Positions 11,149 to 35,239 of a stretch of 64,000 nt of DNA are shown in pieces. The stretch lies in assembly GCF_009914755.1 (NCBI RefSeq), contig NC_060930.1; one strand, written 5' to 3'. The position numbers and the translations under genes were made by a program. The DNA comes from the human T2T-CHM13v2.0 reference genome, Homo sapiens. How positions within the stretch are numbered: position 1 is the stretch's first letter; each line of letters opens with the position of its first letter. The notes beneath the pieces are model-generated. The model was not told the DNA's origin. It ran no database searches and saw only the letters and a program-made list of their open reading frames with translations.

Positions 11149-14000
11149 TTTCTTTCTTTCTCTTTCTTTCTTTCTCTTTCTTTCTCTTTCTTTCTTTCCC
11201 TTTCTCTCTTTCTCTCTTTCTTTCTTTCTTTCTTTCTTTTTCTTTCTTTCTTTCTTTCTTTCCTTTCTCTTTCTTTCTCTTTCTTTCTCTTCCTTTCTCT
11301 TTCTTTTTTCTTTCTTTCTTTTTTTGGCATGTGTCCTTTTCAATTTATTTTGTCAGTGTTTTTTTTTTTTAACAGTTTTCATTGTAGTGATTTTTCACTT
11401 CTTTGGTTAAGTTAATCCTAGGTTTTCAATTTTATGTGTGGCTACTGTAAATGGGATTACTTTTTTGGTTTTCAGATTGTTTACTGTTGGCATATAGAAA
11501 TGCTGCTGATTTTTGTATATTGATCTTGTATTCTGAAACTTTACTGAATTTCTTCATCAGTTCTAATAGTTTTTTGGGGGAGTCTTTAGATTTTTCCAAA
11601 TATAAGATCATATAATCTGCAAACAAGGATAATTTGACTTCTTCCTTTCTAATTTGGATGTCCTTTATATATTTCTTGTCTGATTGCTCTAGCTAGGACT
11701 TCCAGTACTATGATGAATGAACTTGGGTAAAAGTGGGCATCCGTACTGTGTTCCAGGTCTTAGAGGAAAGACTTTCAGTTTTTCCTCATTCAGTATGATA
11801 CTATCTGTGGGTCTGGCATAAGTTGCTTTTATTGTGTTGAGATATGTTCCTTCTATACACAGTGTTTTGAGGGTTTTTATGGTGAAGCATTGTTGAACTT
11901 TATTAAATGCTTTTTCTGCAGCAATTGAAATGATCATGTGGTTTTTATCTTTCATTCTATTGATATGATGTATCATATTGATTGATTTGCATATGTTGAA
12001 CTATCTTGGCATCCCAGGAATAAATCTCACTTGGCCATGATGAATTATTATTTTAATGTGTTGCTGAATTTGGTTTGTTAGTAGTTTGTTGAGGATGTTT
12101 GCAATAATATTCATCAGAGATATTTGTTTGTAGTTTTTTAAAAATCATGTCTTTGGTTTTGGTATTAGATTAACTGTGGCCTTGTAGAATGAGTTTGGAA
12201 GTGTTCTATTCTCCTCTAGTTTTTGGAGTAGTTTGAGTAGGATTGGTAATAGTTCTTTCTTAAATATTTGGTATAATTCAGCAGTGAAATCATCAGGTTT
12301 TGGGCTTTTCATTGCTGGGAGATTTTCTATTATAGCTTTGATCTTATTACCTGTTATTTATTTGTTCATGTTTTGGATTTCTTCATCGTTCAATCTTGGT
12401 AGGTTGTATGTGTCTAGGAATTTACCCATTTCCTGTAGATTTTTCAATTTATTGGCATACAGTCGCTCATAGTAGCCACAAATGATCCTTTGAATTTCTG
12501 CAACCTCAGTTCTAATATCTCCTTTTAAATCTATGATTTTGTTTATTTGGGTCTTTTCCCTTTGTTCATTAGACAATAAGCTTCTTGTACTTGGGTATAG
12601 ATATCGTTCTCTAGGTTTGGAAAGTTCTCTGTTATATCCCTTTGAATAAACTTCCTACCTCAAACTTCTTCTCTAACTCCTCTTTAAGGCCAATAACTCT
12701 TAGATTTGCTCTTTTGAGGCTAGTTTCTAGATCTTGTAAGTGTGCTTTATTCTTTTTTTTTTAAATCTCCTCTATGTATTTTCAAATAGCCTGCCTTCAA
12801 GCTCATTAATTCTTTCTTTTGCTTGATCAATTCTGCTATTAAGAGACTTTGGTGCATTCTTTATTATGTATAAAATACAATTCTTAATTGTATTTTTTCA
12901 ACTAGAATTTTTGGTCGATTCTTATTATTTCAATCTCTTTAATTTTTTCTGATAGAATTCTAAATTTTTTCTGCATCATCTTGAATTTCTTCAAAAAGCT
13001 ATTTCGAATTCTCTGTCTGAAAGGTCACATATCTCTGTTTCTCCAGGATTGGTCCTTGGTGCCTTATTTAGTTTATTTGGTGAGGTTGTTTTTTTCTAGA
13101 TGGTCTTGATGCTTGTAGATATTCATCAATGTCTGAGCATTATAAAATTATGTATTTATGATAGTCTTTGCAGTCTGGGCTTGTTTGTACCGATTCTTCT
13201 TGAGGAGCCTTTTTAGGTATTTAAAGGGACTTGAGCCCCATGCCCAATAATGCTGTGTTTTTTGCAGACTCATAGAGATACCACCTTCATGGTCTTGGAT
13301 AATGTCCAGAAGAAGTCTCTGGATTACCAGGAGGAAACTCTTGTTATTTTCCCATACTTTCTGCCAAGCAAACTGATTGTCTCTATTTGAGCTGCCTGAA
13401 ACTGGGGGTGTAGTGGCACAAACACCCCTATGGCTACCACGACTGGGACTGCACTGGGTCATACCTGAATCCAGCACAGCACTGGGTCTCATCCAAGGCC
13501 TTCTGTAACCACTACCTGGCTACCCCCAATGTTCTCTCAATGCTGTAGGGCTCTGTGAATAGTAAACGTCCTTGCCTTCAGGCAGCATGTTCTTCCAGGT
13601 CCCAGGTACGTCCAGAGATGCTGTCTGGGAGCCAGGAATTGAAATTAAAAACCTTAGAATTTACCTGATGTTTTGTTCTCCTGCAGCAAGCTGGCACTCA
13701 AATCATAAGGCGAAGTCCTTCTTGTTCTTCCCTCCCCTTTCCTCAGGCAGCGTAGCCCTTTACTATGGCCACCCACCTGCAATGGCCCACAGGGGATTCT
13801 TCCAGTCCATCATGAATGTTCACTTAATATCCAGGGGCTCTTCAGTCAGCTCATCTTGAATGCTGCCTGGCCTGAGACTCACCCTTCAGGGCAATGGTCT
13901 CCTCTCTGGCCCAGGACTGGTCTAGAAACACTGTGCCAGGAGCATAGGCCTGAATTGGGAACTCCTGCTTGTTGCTTTACCACATTGTGGCTGAGCTGTT
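10252..14000 (-). mobile_element. L1MA-type element: ORF2 10252-~12571, large internal deletion, then ORF1/5'UTR remnant; 3' end missing
   Basis: Minus-strand ORFs [22 protein letters not shown] and FLDTYNLPRLN; abrupt switch to ORF1-type sequence at ~12572. Confidence 0.88.
11054..11326. repeat. Interrupted (TTTC)n polypyrimidine microsatellite inside L1 ORF2
   Basis: About 270 bp of only T and C. Confidence 0.97.
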
Positions 14001-14019
14001 TTCTTCTGTTTTCCTTTCT

Positions 14020-15693
14020 TGTAATGTTTCTGCTAAGAATTTGCTCTTAGCCTAATGGGGTTCCCTTTGTTCATGATCTGATCTTTTTCTCTAGCTGCTT
14101 TTAAGATTTGTTCTTTAGTGTTACTTTACACAGTCTATTGACTATATGTCTTGGTGATGTTCATTTTGTATAGTATTCTGCAGGTATTCTCTGGGTTTCT
14201 TATATCTGGATGTCTACCTCTCTAGCAAGATTAAGGAAATTTCCTTGAATTATTTCCTCAAATATGTTTTCCAGCTTTTTAAAAAAACATTCCCTCCTTC
14301 TCTCTCCAGAAGGCCAATAATTTGTAGGTTTGTTCACTTTACATAATATTTCTCAAAGACTGTTCACATTTAAAAATTCTTTTGGTCTTACTGGGATAGT
14401 TTGAAAGATCAGTCTTTAAGCTCTGAAATTCTTCTGCTTGGTCCAATCCATTGATAAAGCTCTCAATTGGATTTTTAATGTTTCTTAAGTGAGTTTTTCA
14501 ATTCCAGAAGCTCTGATTGATTTCTTTTAAAAATATTTTTCTCTTCTTTCATTTTCTGGATTGCTTTAGAAGCTTGTTTGTGTTCATTTTTAATCTTGTT
14601 TTGGATCTTGTTGAGCTTCCTTGCAACCCATGCTTTGAATTCTTTATCATTTCCAAGTTTTTATTTTGGATAGGAGCATTGCTGGAGAGCTAGAGTGATA
14701 CTTTGATGGTATCACTACATTTGGATTTCTTATGGTTTCAGAATTCTTATGCTGGTGTCATCTCACCTGGAGATGCTGGCACTTCTAATTTTTGTAATTA
14801 TTTTCATGTCTGTAGAAATTTTTTGTCCTTTCATTCCCTTTAATATTGCTGATTTTTTTCCTTTCCCTTTCCCCTCCTCCATAGGGAGTGTAACTGTAGA
14901 GAATACTGAATACTGGGTAGTCTTTTGGCTTTGCTCCTGTAGCCTATATTGTGCTGTGTGGTTCCACCTATAAACCAGTAGATGGTGCTTATGGGTAAGA
15001 GCTTGGCTGTGGCCAATGAAGTAGGGTATACACTTGATGCTTGTTTTCTCGGTGAAGCCATCTATTGCCTCAGGCAATGGGTTGATCTGTAGAGTGCACA
15101 GTGATCTGAGCTCCCTGTTCAGCTCCAGTGATGGGGGTGGTGGTGGCCAAGATGGGTGGAGCTGGACTAAGCAGGTCTGCCTACAGGTTCCTCAATGGCA
15201 GGCACAAAGACCAGTGCCAAGGAAAAATCCAGTTGGTGGTCACCAAGTACCCAGAAGTGTGCCTAGACATGGAGCTGGGAAACTTCAACCTCACATTTGG
15301 TGCATGCGGTTAGGGAGCATCCTAAATAACTAATCCAAGTGAGTGGGTACCCCAGACTCCTGGACATCTGTCTACGTATGGATTTTAGAGGGTCCCACTT
15401 CACCACAATCACTGTACAGAAAGGCCGGGTGGCTCAGGATACTGATCTGGGTGAGTAGGTACTCTGACTGCCTGAGAATCTGCCTGGGCATGGAGTAGAG
15501 AGGGTCCAGCTGCATCAAGGTGTCTGCACAGGAAGTATGGCAGCTCAGGCTACTGACCCAGGTGACTGGGTGCTCCAAATGCCTGCAGATCTGCCTGGGT
15601 ATGAAGCAGAGAGGGCCTCCCTGCACCCAGATCTCTGTACAAGAAGGATGGAGGAACTCAGGCTGCAATCATGCAAGCAGGTGCTCCAACGTG
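14020..15693 (-). mobile_element. Old primate L1 ORF1 + 5'UTR (L1P4/L1PA15-16-like)
   Basis: ORF1 antisense 'tctttttctctagctgcttttaagattt'; GC-richer 5'UTR with tandem monomers. Confidence 0.75.
15321..15693. repeat. ~112-bp tandem monomer, ~3.3 degenerate copies, in L1 5'UTR
   Basis: Units start near 15321, 15433, 15544 and 15657 (ctcaggctactga...gatctgcctggg...agagggcc...tctgtaca). Confidence 0.85.
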
Positions 15694-15834
15694 CATTTTA
15701 CTTTTTTTAAAAAATTGCCTTCAGACTGTTAAATATGAATCAATTTACATGTTTAGGAGTCCTCCCTGTGCCCTTTCCCCTCACTTCCCAATTTTTATTA
15801 GTCAGACTTATTTTTGCAGTGTTAGAATTTGTAA

Positions 15835-16148
<314 letters not shown>

Positions 16149-16261
16149 TATATTTTATTCTTTAACCACAAATTCTAAAGCTATTTAAACTTAACTCTAT
16201 CTTTAAAACAATTCAAAACTCATCTGTAATATTTAAAAATTTTTCAATTTTCTTCTTTTTA

Positions 16262-26003
<9,742 letters not shown>

Positions 26004-26049
26004 TCAACTCTCTAATTTTTTTAATTTATCCTTATAATTAGGGTACCTT

Positions 26050-26245
26050 ATATTCTATAGCACTTCTTAGTTTACAGCAGGTTCATGTATATCATTTTAT
26101 TTGATCTTTACATTTTCTCTGTGAGCACAACTATTACCTTAATTTTGCAGATAGACAAATTGAGCCTCCAGGTTCTATGGCTGGTTAAAGAGTGAGTCTG
26201 AGTCTGTATCCAAGTGTTCAAGACTAAGTCCAATGATCTAATATA
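26050..26245 (-). mobile_element. MIR fragment
   Basis: 'attttgcagatagacaaattgagcctcca'. Confidence 0.6.
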
Positions 26246-26521
26246 TTGTTTTTCAAATATTATATTTTTTGCATAAAAATGCACTTACATGGTTGCATTG
26301 AAGTTTAAAATAAAATGATTAATGCAGAGTCCAGAGTTCTTTACAATAACCGAGGTCTTTTATGAACAGTGTTGTCTACTGCTTTCCCTTTCCTTGCACC
26401 CTTTGCTGGATCCCATGCCTTCAGAACTTGGCTTTCCTCCCTGCTGAAATTGCTCTTGCAGTAACTGATAACCCCGTGAAGAATAGATTCTGTAATGTTT
26501 TCTCTGTTCTCATTTTCTTTT

Positions 26522-27358
26522 TTTGTTATTGCAGTACCTAACATAAACCTCTTTACCATTTTAACCATTTCTGGGTATATAGTTCAGTGGCAGTAGGCAC
26601 ATTCATATTGTTTGCTATGCAATCATCACCATTCATCTTCAGAACTTCTTCATCCTCCCAAACTGAAACTCTGTACCCATGAAACAGTAAGTCCCCATTC
26701 CGCTCTCCCACCAGCTCCCAGCAACCACTATCCTACTTTCTGACTCTGTGAATTTAACTATTCTAAGTACCGCATGCAAACGAAGTACCATATAAAAGTC
26801 ATGCAGCATTTATCCCTTTTAATCTAGCTTATTTCAATTAGTATAATGTTTTTAAGGTTCATCAATGTTGTAGCATGTGTCATAATTTCATTACTTTTTA
26901 TGACTGAATAATATTCCATTGTTAAGTATATATTACATTTTGTTTATTCATCTGTTGATGGACATTAGGGTTGTTTTCACATTTTGGCTATTGTGAGTAA
27001 TGCTGCTACGAACACTGTTGTACAAATATCCCTTCAAGACACTGCTTTTAATTCTTTGGAGTATATACCCAGAAATAGAATTGTTGGGTCATATGGTAAT
27101 TCTAGGTTTAATTTTTTAAGAAACTGCCATACTGTTTTCCACAGTGGCTGCATCATTTTTCATTCTCACAAACAATGCACAAGGATTCCAAGTTCTTCAC
27201 ATCCTTACCAACACTTATTTTTTTCTTTTTTTTTGGTGGGGGGGCGGCAATACCATCTCAAGGGGTGGGAAGTGGTATTTCTTTGTGGTTTTGAGTTGCC
27301 TTTCCCATTGAATAGCGATGTTGAGCATCTTTTCATGTACTGACAGCCATCATTGGCA
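26522..27358 (-). mobile_element. L1MB 3' end
   Basis: 'tttaccattttaaccatttctgggtatatagttcagtggc', 'cccaaactgaaactctgtaccc'. Confidence 0.88.
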
Positions 27359-27969
27359 TATTTTTAAAACGAACACCAGGAATCAGATTTTTTTATTGTG
27401 ATCTTCCCAAGTTCATTTTGTTCTATTTGTTCTTTTATTGGCCAACAATCTTTAGCATCCTTCCAGTACCTTTCTGGCTTAAACTCACTCAGCTTGATTT
27501 CTATTGCTTGTAAATAATACTTTTAATTCAGCTTTGTTTTTTTAAACAACACTTTTAATTTTAACAAGTAACTATATTCCTTTTTGGCTCCACTAACTTT
27601 GCAATGAACTGCAGCACTTGGTTCACCCTGCTATCTTTGCAAAGTGTTTCTGCTACATTCCTACTATATTTTGATGATTTCTAAATAAGAACAATTATTA
27701 ACCACGGCAAAGAAGAAAAATCATCAAAATGTTCCTTTTTAGCTTAGTGTAACAAATACAAGAGGAACACATTTAAAGTGTACTTTTCTCTCCACATGAA
27801 TCACAAAGGTACATGTTTATTATTGCCCATTGTGTTTGTGTTCTCTCCTCTGCAGAGGTGTCAGGGTGATAGTGGTCTATGCTATAGCAACCAGTCAAGC
27901 AAATTTCAGAAGGCAGAGGGTCAGCAACCTGGAAGGGGAGGCGGGTGCAATGGTGGGGTAGGAAAGTGA

Positions 27970-28145
27970 ACAGCATGGGGTCAGAGGACTAGAGTTTGCT
28001 TAGGTCTCTACATTTCTAGCCATGAAAATCTACAGCATTCCTGTTTTAGAATCTCATAAGGCAGAGTGAGAATTAAATGGTATTATCTATGCACAACACC
28101 TCATTGTAATGGAATTTAGTAAGAATTAAGTAAAGGTTAGCTATC
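27970..28145 (+). mobile_element. MIR fragment
   Basis: 'gggtcagaggactagagttt...gtgagaattaaatgg...gtaaaggttagctat'. Confidence 0.55.
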
Positions 28146-30129
28146 TTTCCCACCCCAAAGAGCTATTTTTGTATCAAAATTTTAAAATTATCTTTATTTC
28201 TAGTGAGACTTTCTCCTAGCTGGTATTTAAGAAGCACAGGATATAGACATTTTTATCTCTTCTTAAATTAATGTCTTGCATTTATTGTAACAAGATGGCT
28301 TTCTAATTGTACAGACATTAAACTTAAAAAAAAAGTCACAGTGGGAAAGGGGCATTAACCGTGCTATTATTGAAATGTGGAATGAGGATAAGATCAATAC
28401 CTTGATTTTCTATAAATAAGAGTCACATAAAATGTCATTTTTCTACACTCTTTCTACTGTCAGGGTTTCTGAAGAAATGAAGAGGAAAAAAAGCTGTAGC
28501 GTATTTCACTGACACCTTAGAAGATCTGAATTAATAGTCTTTAAGAATCTACACAGTTTTACTAAATAATAGTTCAGCTCCAATTAAAATGGAAATTGCA
28601 GTAATAATTTTCCTCTGAGAAAGAACTCCTTTGTCTGATATGTCACTGTATCATCATTTATTATTCTGTTATTAAAACATTCATTCAGTTGTATTTTCTT
28701 CTTTAGGGTTAATTACAAGCTTAAAGATTGGCTATCAACTCTCTCTCCAATGGCATAGTTATATGCTGGAACATATTGTCAGAATTCTGACAAAGAAGGA
28801 TGTTGGATACATGTCTATCTTCTCTGTCCAGATTTTGGAAGAAAAGTGAGTTAAAGTGACTGCATAATTTGCCAATAGTAAGAAATCATCATGCTTACAC
28901 TTTTTCAGACTTGTGCCTTTTTTTTTGGGTAAAGAATTTTACATTGTGTTTTGCCAGAACCACCAATAGAGATCTGAAAAAGCTGTGTGGTTGCCCTTGG
29001 TCAGTGGAAATGACAGAGCTCAAGCTTAATATTGTGCAGTGCTTCCAAACCCTGTCAGACATGATTACAGTTTCTGTTTATAACCATTCAATTTCTTAAA
29101 CTGTGGACACTTTCTGCTATCCCTCTTTTGAAAAATGTTTGTGTTCTCTATTCCTTTAACACAGGGGTTAGACTTCATGAGAAGACAATGATCCATCAAG
29201 ACTTCAATGTCCTTGTTTCCCTTGACCCTAAATATATCAAAATGTTATGTTTATGGTTGTTAGAGTGCCACTGGCCAACCTCCATGCAACTGCATCTGAA
29301 CCATGATACGATTCCAGTTAATGCGTTGAGAATTCGATGTGGTGTTTTCATTTGTCTCACTAGTAAATGGATGATATTTTCTAGTCCAAAATGTGTAGTC
29401 TTCTCTGCTGTAAGCGGCTCCTATAGGTATCTTTGAATATAGGAATGATATAGTATTTTAAAATTAGACACATGACTTCACACATGAAACACAAAACAGA
29501 CTCTCTATTGGAAAGAAACAATTCTTGGACATCGACATTAAAAACAATAGAAGCTCAATGATACAGAATGCTGAAAAGCCTTAAGTCTAGTATCATACTA
29601 AAAGCAGTCACACAGTGGAAACTCACTGTAACATTCTTGAAACTCAGACAGTATCTGTTCCATTCTGCCTCAAGTATTGTTTCTATTAGAGGTTGTAATC
29701 TTTACATTGTAAAGATTTGACACATTTTCATACCAACTTCATCATTCCTTAACATTTTATCTCACCTGAGAAAAAACTGTGACTGAATGCTCCCATGTCA
29801 GAGTGATGCCTTATTCACCTGCATTTCTCCAGCATGCTATGCGGTGCCTGATCTTTAGTGCAGCTCAATAAAAATAACTGCTGAATGAAAGAGGAGTTTT
29901 TTCTTATATTATGCTTTTTCATAGCTTGAACTTCCTTTTACAGATACCATTGCCTGACGACATTTGACAATGTGTTATAATGTTTTTGGTAGTACATGGA
30001 GCTGTGGCCTCCATATCTAAGAGGAGCAAGAAGGCTCCATTCTTTGAGTAAAAATAATGTAATTAAAAAGTCATTTGTGATTTTTGTCTTCTTTATGGTT
30101 TTTGGAAGTCTCTCAAGTTCTCACTCTTT

Positions 30130-30590
30130 TCTGTCTACTTGGCTATTCTACCTATGTCTCATGGATACCTAAAACTCATATCTCCCGAGCTGAATGCATC
30201 TTTTCATCTTTAAACCTATTCCATTTTGCTGCTTCTGTTAATACCAGCACATTTATTGCAATTATTATATCCAGTAATTTGACATTGTGCTTGACATCTA
30301 CCCTTTCCTGCCTCTAATACACATAACTTCTGATCTGCTGCCCTGCCCTGCCAATTCTATCTTCCCAACATCATTTACATCTGTCTCCTTCTCTGTGTAC
30401 CCAATTTCTACTTGCTTCATGAAATCATCTATTCTTTTCTTTTTTTCTTCTTTCTGCCCCTAGTCCCTCCTTTTTTAAATAAAGAATCATCATATTGAAA
30501 CAGATTTCTAATCATGTCATTCAGTCTTTTGCGTTTTGTCTTAAAGCCTCTAACTGCTTACAGAAAAAAGTATGAACATTTTAGCTCTTG
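30130..30590 (+). mobile_element. L2 fragment
   Basis: 'ctgtctacttggctattctacctatgtctcatggatacctaaaactcatatctcc'. Confidence 0.65.
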
Positions 30591-30599
30591 GTTTTAGAA

Positions 30600-31195
30600 T
30601 AGCATTGTGTAATAGAACACAATGCAAGCTGCAACTTGGAGGATATAATGCTAAGTGAAGTAAACCAGAAAGACAAACACTGCATGATCTTACTTACATG
30701 TGGAATCTAAAAAAGTCAAACTCATAGAATTAGAGAGTAGAATGGTGGTTATCAGAGGTTGGGTGGAGTGAGAAATGGAGAGATAATGGTCAGAGGGTAT
30801 AAAGTTTTAGTTAGACAGGAGGAATAGTTTCTGGGGATTTATAGTACAGCATGGTGATTACAGTCAATAATAATGTGTGTTTAAAAATTATTAAGAGTAG
30901 ATTTTAAATATTCTCACGACATGCACACAAGTATGTAAGGTGATGTCTACATTAATTAGCTTGATTCAATCATTTACAATGCATACATATATCAAAACAT
31001 CACATAGCCTGAAAAATTATAGTTTTGTCAATTCAATAAGAAATTGAACATAAAAAAATTTGTAATAGCCATTTTTAAAAAGTAAAATGCAAGTACTATA
31101 TTTTATTTAAACCAATATATTAAAAATATCATTTCAAAATGTCAGTATAAAATATTAGATATTTTACATTTTTTTCTACTAAATCATTGAAACAT
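30600..31195 (+). mobile_element. MER33 (hAT-Charlie) split by an L1MA 3' fragment
   Basis: Start 'tagcattgtgtaatagaacacaatgcaagc'; resumes ~31058 'taatagccatttttaaaaagtaaaa...gatattttacatt'. Confidence 0.7.
30634..31055 (+). mobile_element. L1MA9/10-type 3' end
   Basis: 'ggaggatataatgctaagtgaa...tgtggaatctaaaaaagtcaaactcatagaa'. Confidence 0.85.
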
Positions 31196-33483
31196 TTTTT
31201 GGTTTCATTTTCTATATCTAAATATATGTAGTTTTCAATGTAGACTTCTTATATATTTCTAAGTATTTTATTTTTACTTTATTATAAATGGTGTTTTATT
31301 TTTTAAAAATTATAATTCTGAAGTGAAATGCAGAAAATGAAAACCCACAAATTAAATGTATGGCTTAATAAATTATAATTGGGCAAACTGTACTAAGTAA
31401 AAAAACAGAAATAAAATTGTATCATTTCAGAAGCCCACTATGTGCCCCATCCTAAACACAACTCCCTCCTTCCTGTCATATTGATTATTATACTGCCTTT
31501 ACAGAAGCCACTTTTTTCACATTTTTATTTTTACATTTTTATCCACCAAATGAATATCCCTAGACATAATAGTCTAGTATTTCTCACTTTACATTATAAC
31601 TTTTATTTTCTGGGGTAAATCCTACCTGGTGATTTTACATTTTCTTTGAAAATTATATATATTTATATAGATTCTTTTAAGATATTCCTTAATTCATATG
31701 ATATTTTTTATGTTTTTTTAACCCAATAGTAAATAACCAAACTATTGCTGAATTCAATCTGCTAATACTTTGTTAAGATTTTTGTGAAAGTTAGGAAGCG
31801 TTCCCTCCTCTATTCTCACTTCTCTTTTCATCTGGGATTTGTATGCTTGCTTTCTTAATAGATACAATCAACCATCAGGCCTGAAGTTTTGTTTGTGGCT
31901 TTGTTTTTCAACCAATTCTTTTTTGACCTGGGATTTTTTTTTTTTTTGTCTTTTTATTCTTTAAGTTCTAGTGTACATGTGCAGAACGTGCAGGTTTGTT
32001 ACATAGCTATACACATGCCATGGTGGTTTGCTGCACCCATCAACCCATCATCTACATTAGGTAATTCTCCTAATGCTACCTCTCCCCTAGCCTCTCACCC
32101 GCTGGCAGGCCCCGGTGTATGATGTTCCCTTCCCTGTGTCCATGTTTTCTCATTGTTCGACTCCCACTTATGAGTGAGAACATGTGGTGTTTGGTGTTCT
32201 GTTCTTGTGTTAATTTGCAGAGAATGATGGTTTCCAGTTTCATCCATGTCCCTGCAAAGGAAACGAACTCATGCTTTTTTATGGCTGCCTAGTATTCCAT
32301 GGTGTATATGTGCCACATCCTCTTAATCTAGTCTATCATTGATGGACATTTGGGTTGGTTCCAAGTCTTTGCTATCATGAACAGTGCCACAATAAACGTA
32401 TGTGTGCATATGTTTTTATAGTAGAATGATTTATAATCTTTGGGTATATACCCAGTAATGGGATTGCTGGGTCAAATGGTATTTCTAGTTCTAGATCCTT
32501 GAGGAATTGCCATGCTGTCTTCCACAATGGTTGAATTAATTTTGCACTCCCACCAACAGTGTAAAAGCATTTCTATTTCTCCACATCCTCTCTGGCATTT
32601 ATTGTTTCCTGACTTTTTTTTTAAATTATACTTTAAGTTTTAGGGTACATGTGCACAACGTGCAGGTTAGTTACATATGTATGCATGTGCCATGTTGGTG
32701 TGCTGCACCCATTAACTTGTCATTTAATATTAGGTATATCTCCTAATGCTATCCCTCCCCCCTACCCCTACCCCACAACAGGCCCCAGTGTGTGATGTTC
32801 CCCTTCCTGTGTCCATGTGTTCTCATTGTTCAATTCCCACCTATGAATGAGAACATGCAGTGTTTGGTTTTTTGTCCTTGCAATAGATTGCTGAGAATGA
32901 TGGTTTCCAGCTTCATCCATGTCCCTGCAAAGGACATGAACTCATCATTTTTCATGGCTGCATAGTATTCCATGGTGTATATGTGCCACATTCTCTTAAT
33001 CCAGTCTATCATTGTTGGACATTTGGCTTGGTTCCCAGTCTTTGCCATTGTGAATAGTGCTGCAAGAAACATACGTGTGCATGTGTCTTTATAGCAGCAT
33101 GATTTATAATCCTTTGGATATATACCCAGTAATGGGATTGCTGGGTCAAATGATATTTCTAGTTCTAGATCCCTGAAGAATTGCCACACTGATTTCCACA
33201 ATGGTTGAACTAGTTTATGGTCCCACCAACAGTGGAAAAGTGTTCCTATTTCTCCACATCCTCTCCAGCACCTGTTTTTTCCTGACTTTTTAATGATCGC
33301 CATTCTAACTGGTGTGAGATGGTATCTCAAGGTGGTTTTGATTTGCATTTCTCTGATGGCCAGTGATGATGGGCATTTTTCCATGTGTCTTTTGGCTGCA
33401 TAAATGTCTTCTTTTGAGAAGTGTCTGTTCATATCCTTTGCCCACTTTTTGATGGGGTTGTTTTTTTTTTTCTTGTAAATTTG

Positions 33484-34839
<1,356 letters not shown>

Positions 34840-35068
34840 TCAAAGGCCTTTTCCGCATCTATTGAGATAATCCTATGGTTTTTGTCGTTGGTTCTGTTTA
34901 CATGCTGCATTACGTTTATTGATTTGTGTGTGTTGAACCAGCCTTTCAACCAAGGGATGAAGCCCCCTTGATCATGATGGATAAGCTTTCTGATGTGCTG
35001 CTGGATTCAGTTTGCCAGTATTTTATTGAGGATTTTTGCATCGATGTTCATCAGGGATATTGGGTCTA

Positions 35069-35239
<171 letters not shown>

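Noticed and set aside
10989-11372. Lys/Glu/Arg-rich and Phe/Leu/Ser-rich ORFs of ~110 aa
   Set aside because: Translations of the (TTTC)n microsatellite
15321-15693. CRISPR-like periodic array
   Set aside because: Whole units are homologous with no unique spacers; eukaryotic L1 context and no cas genes
9328-15693. Twin-priming inversion joining the + ORF2 fragment with a minus 5' end
   Set aside because: The geometry is wrong: the inverted part lies downstream, and there is no polyA or TSD
28869-29436. 76 and 102 aa ORFs in unique DNA
   Set aside because: Non-ATG starts, composition typical of random AT-rich DNA, no domain recognised
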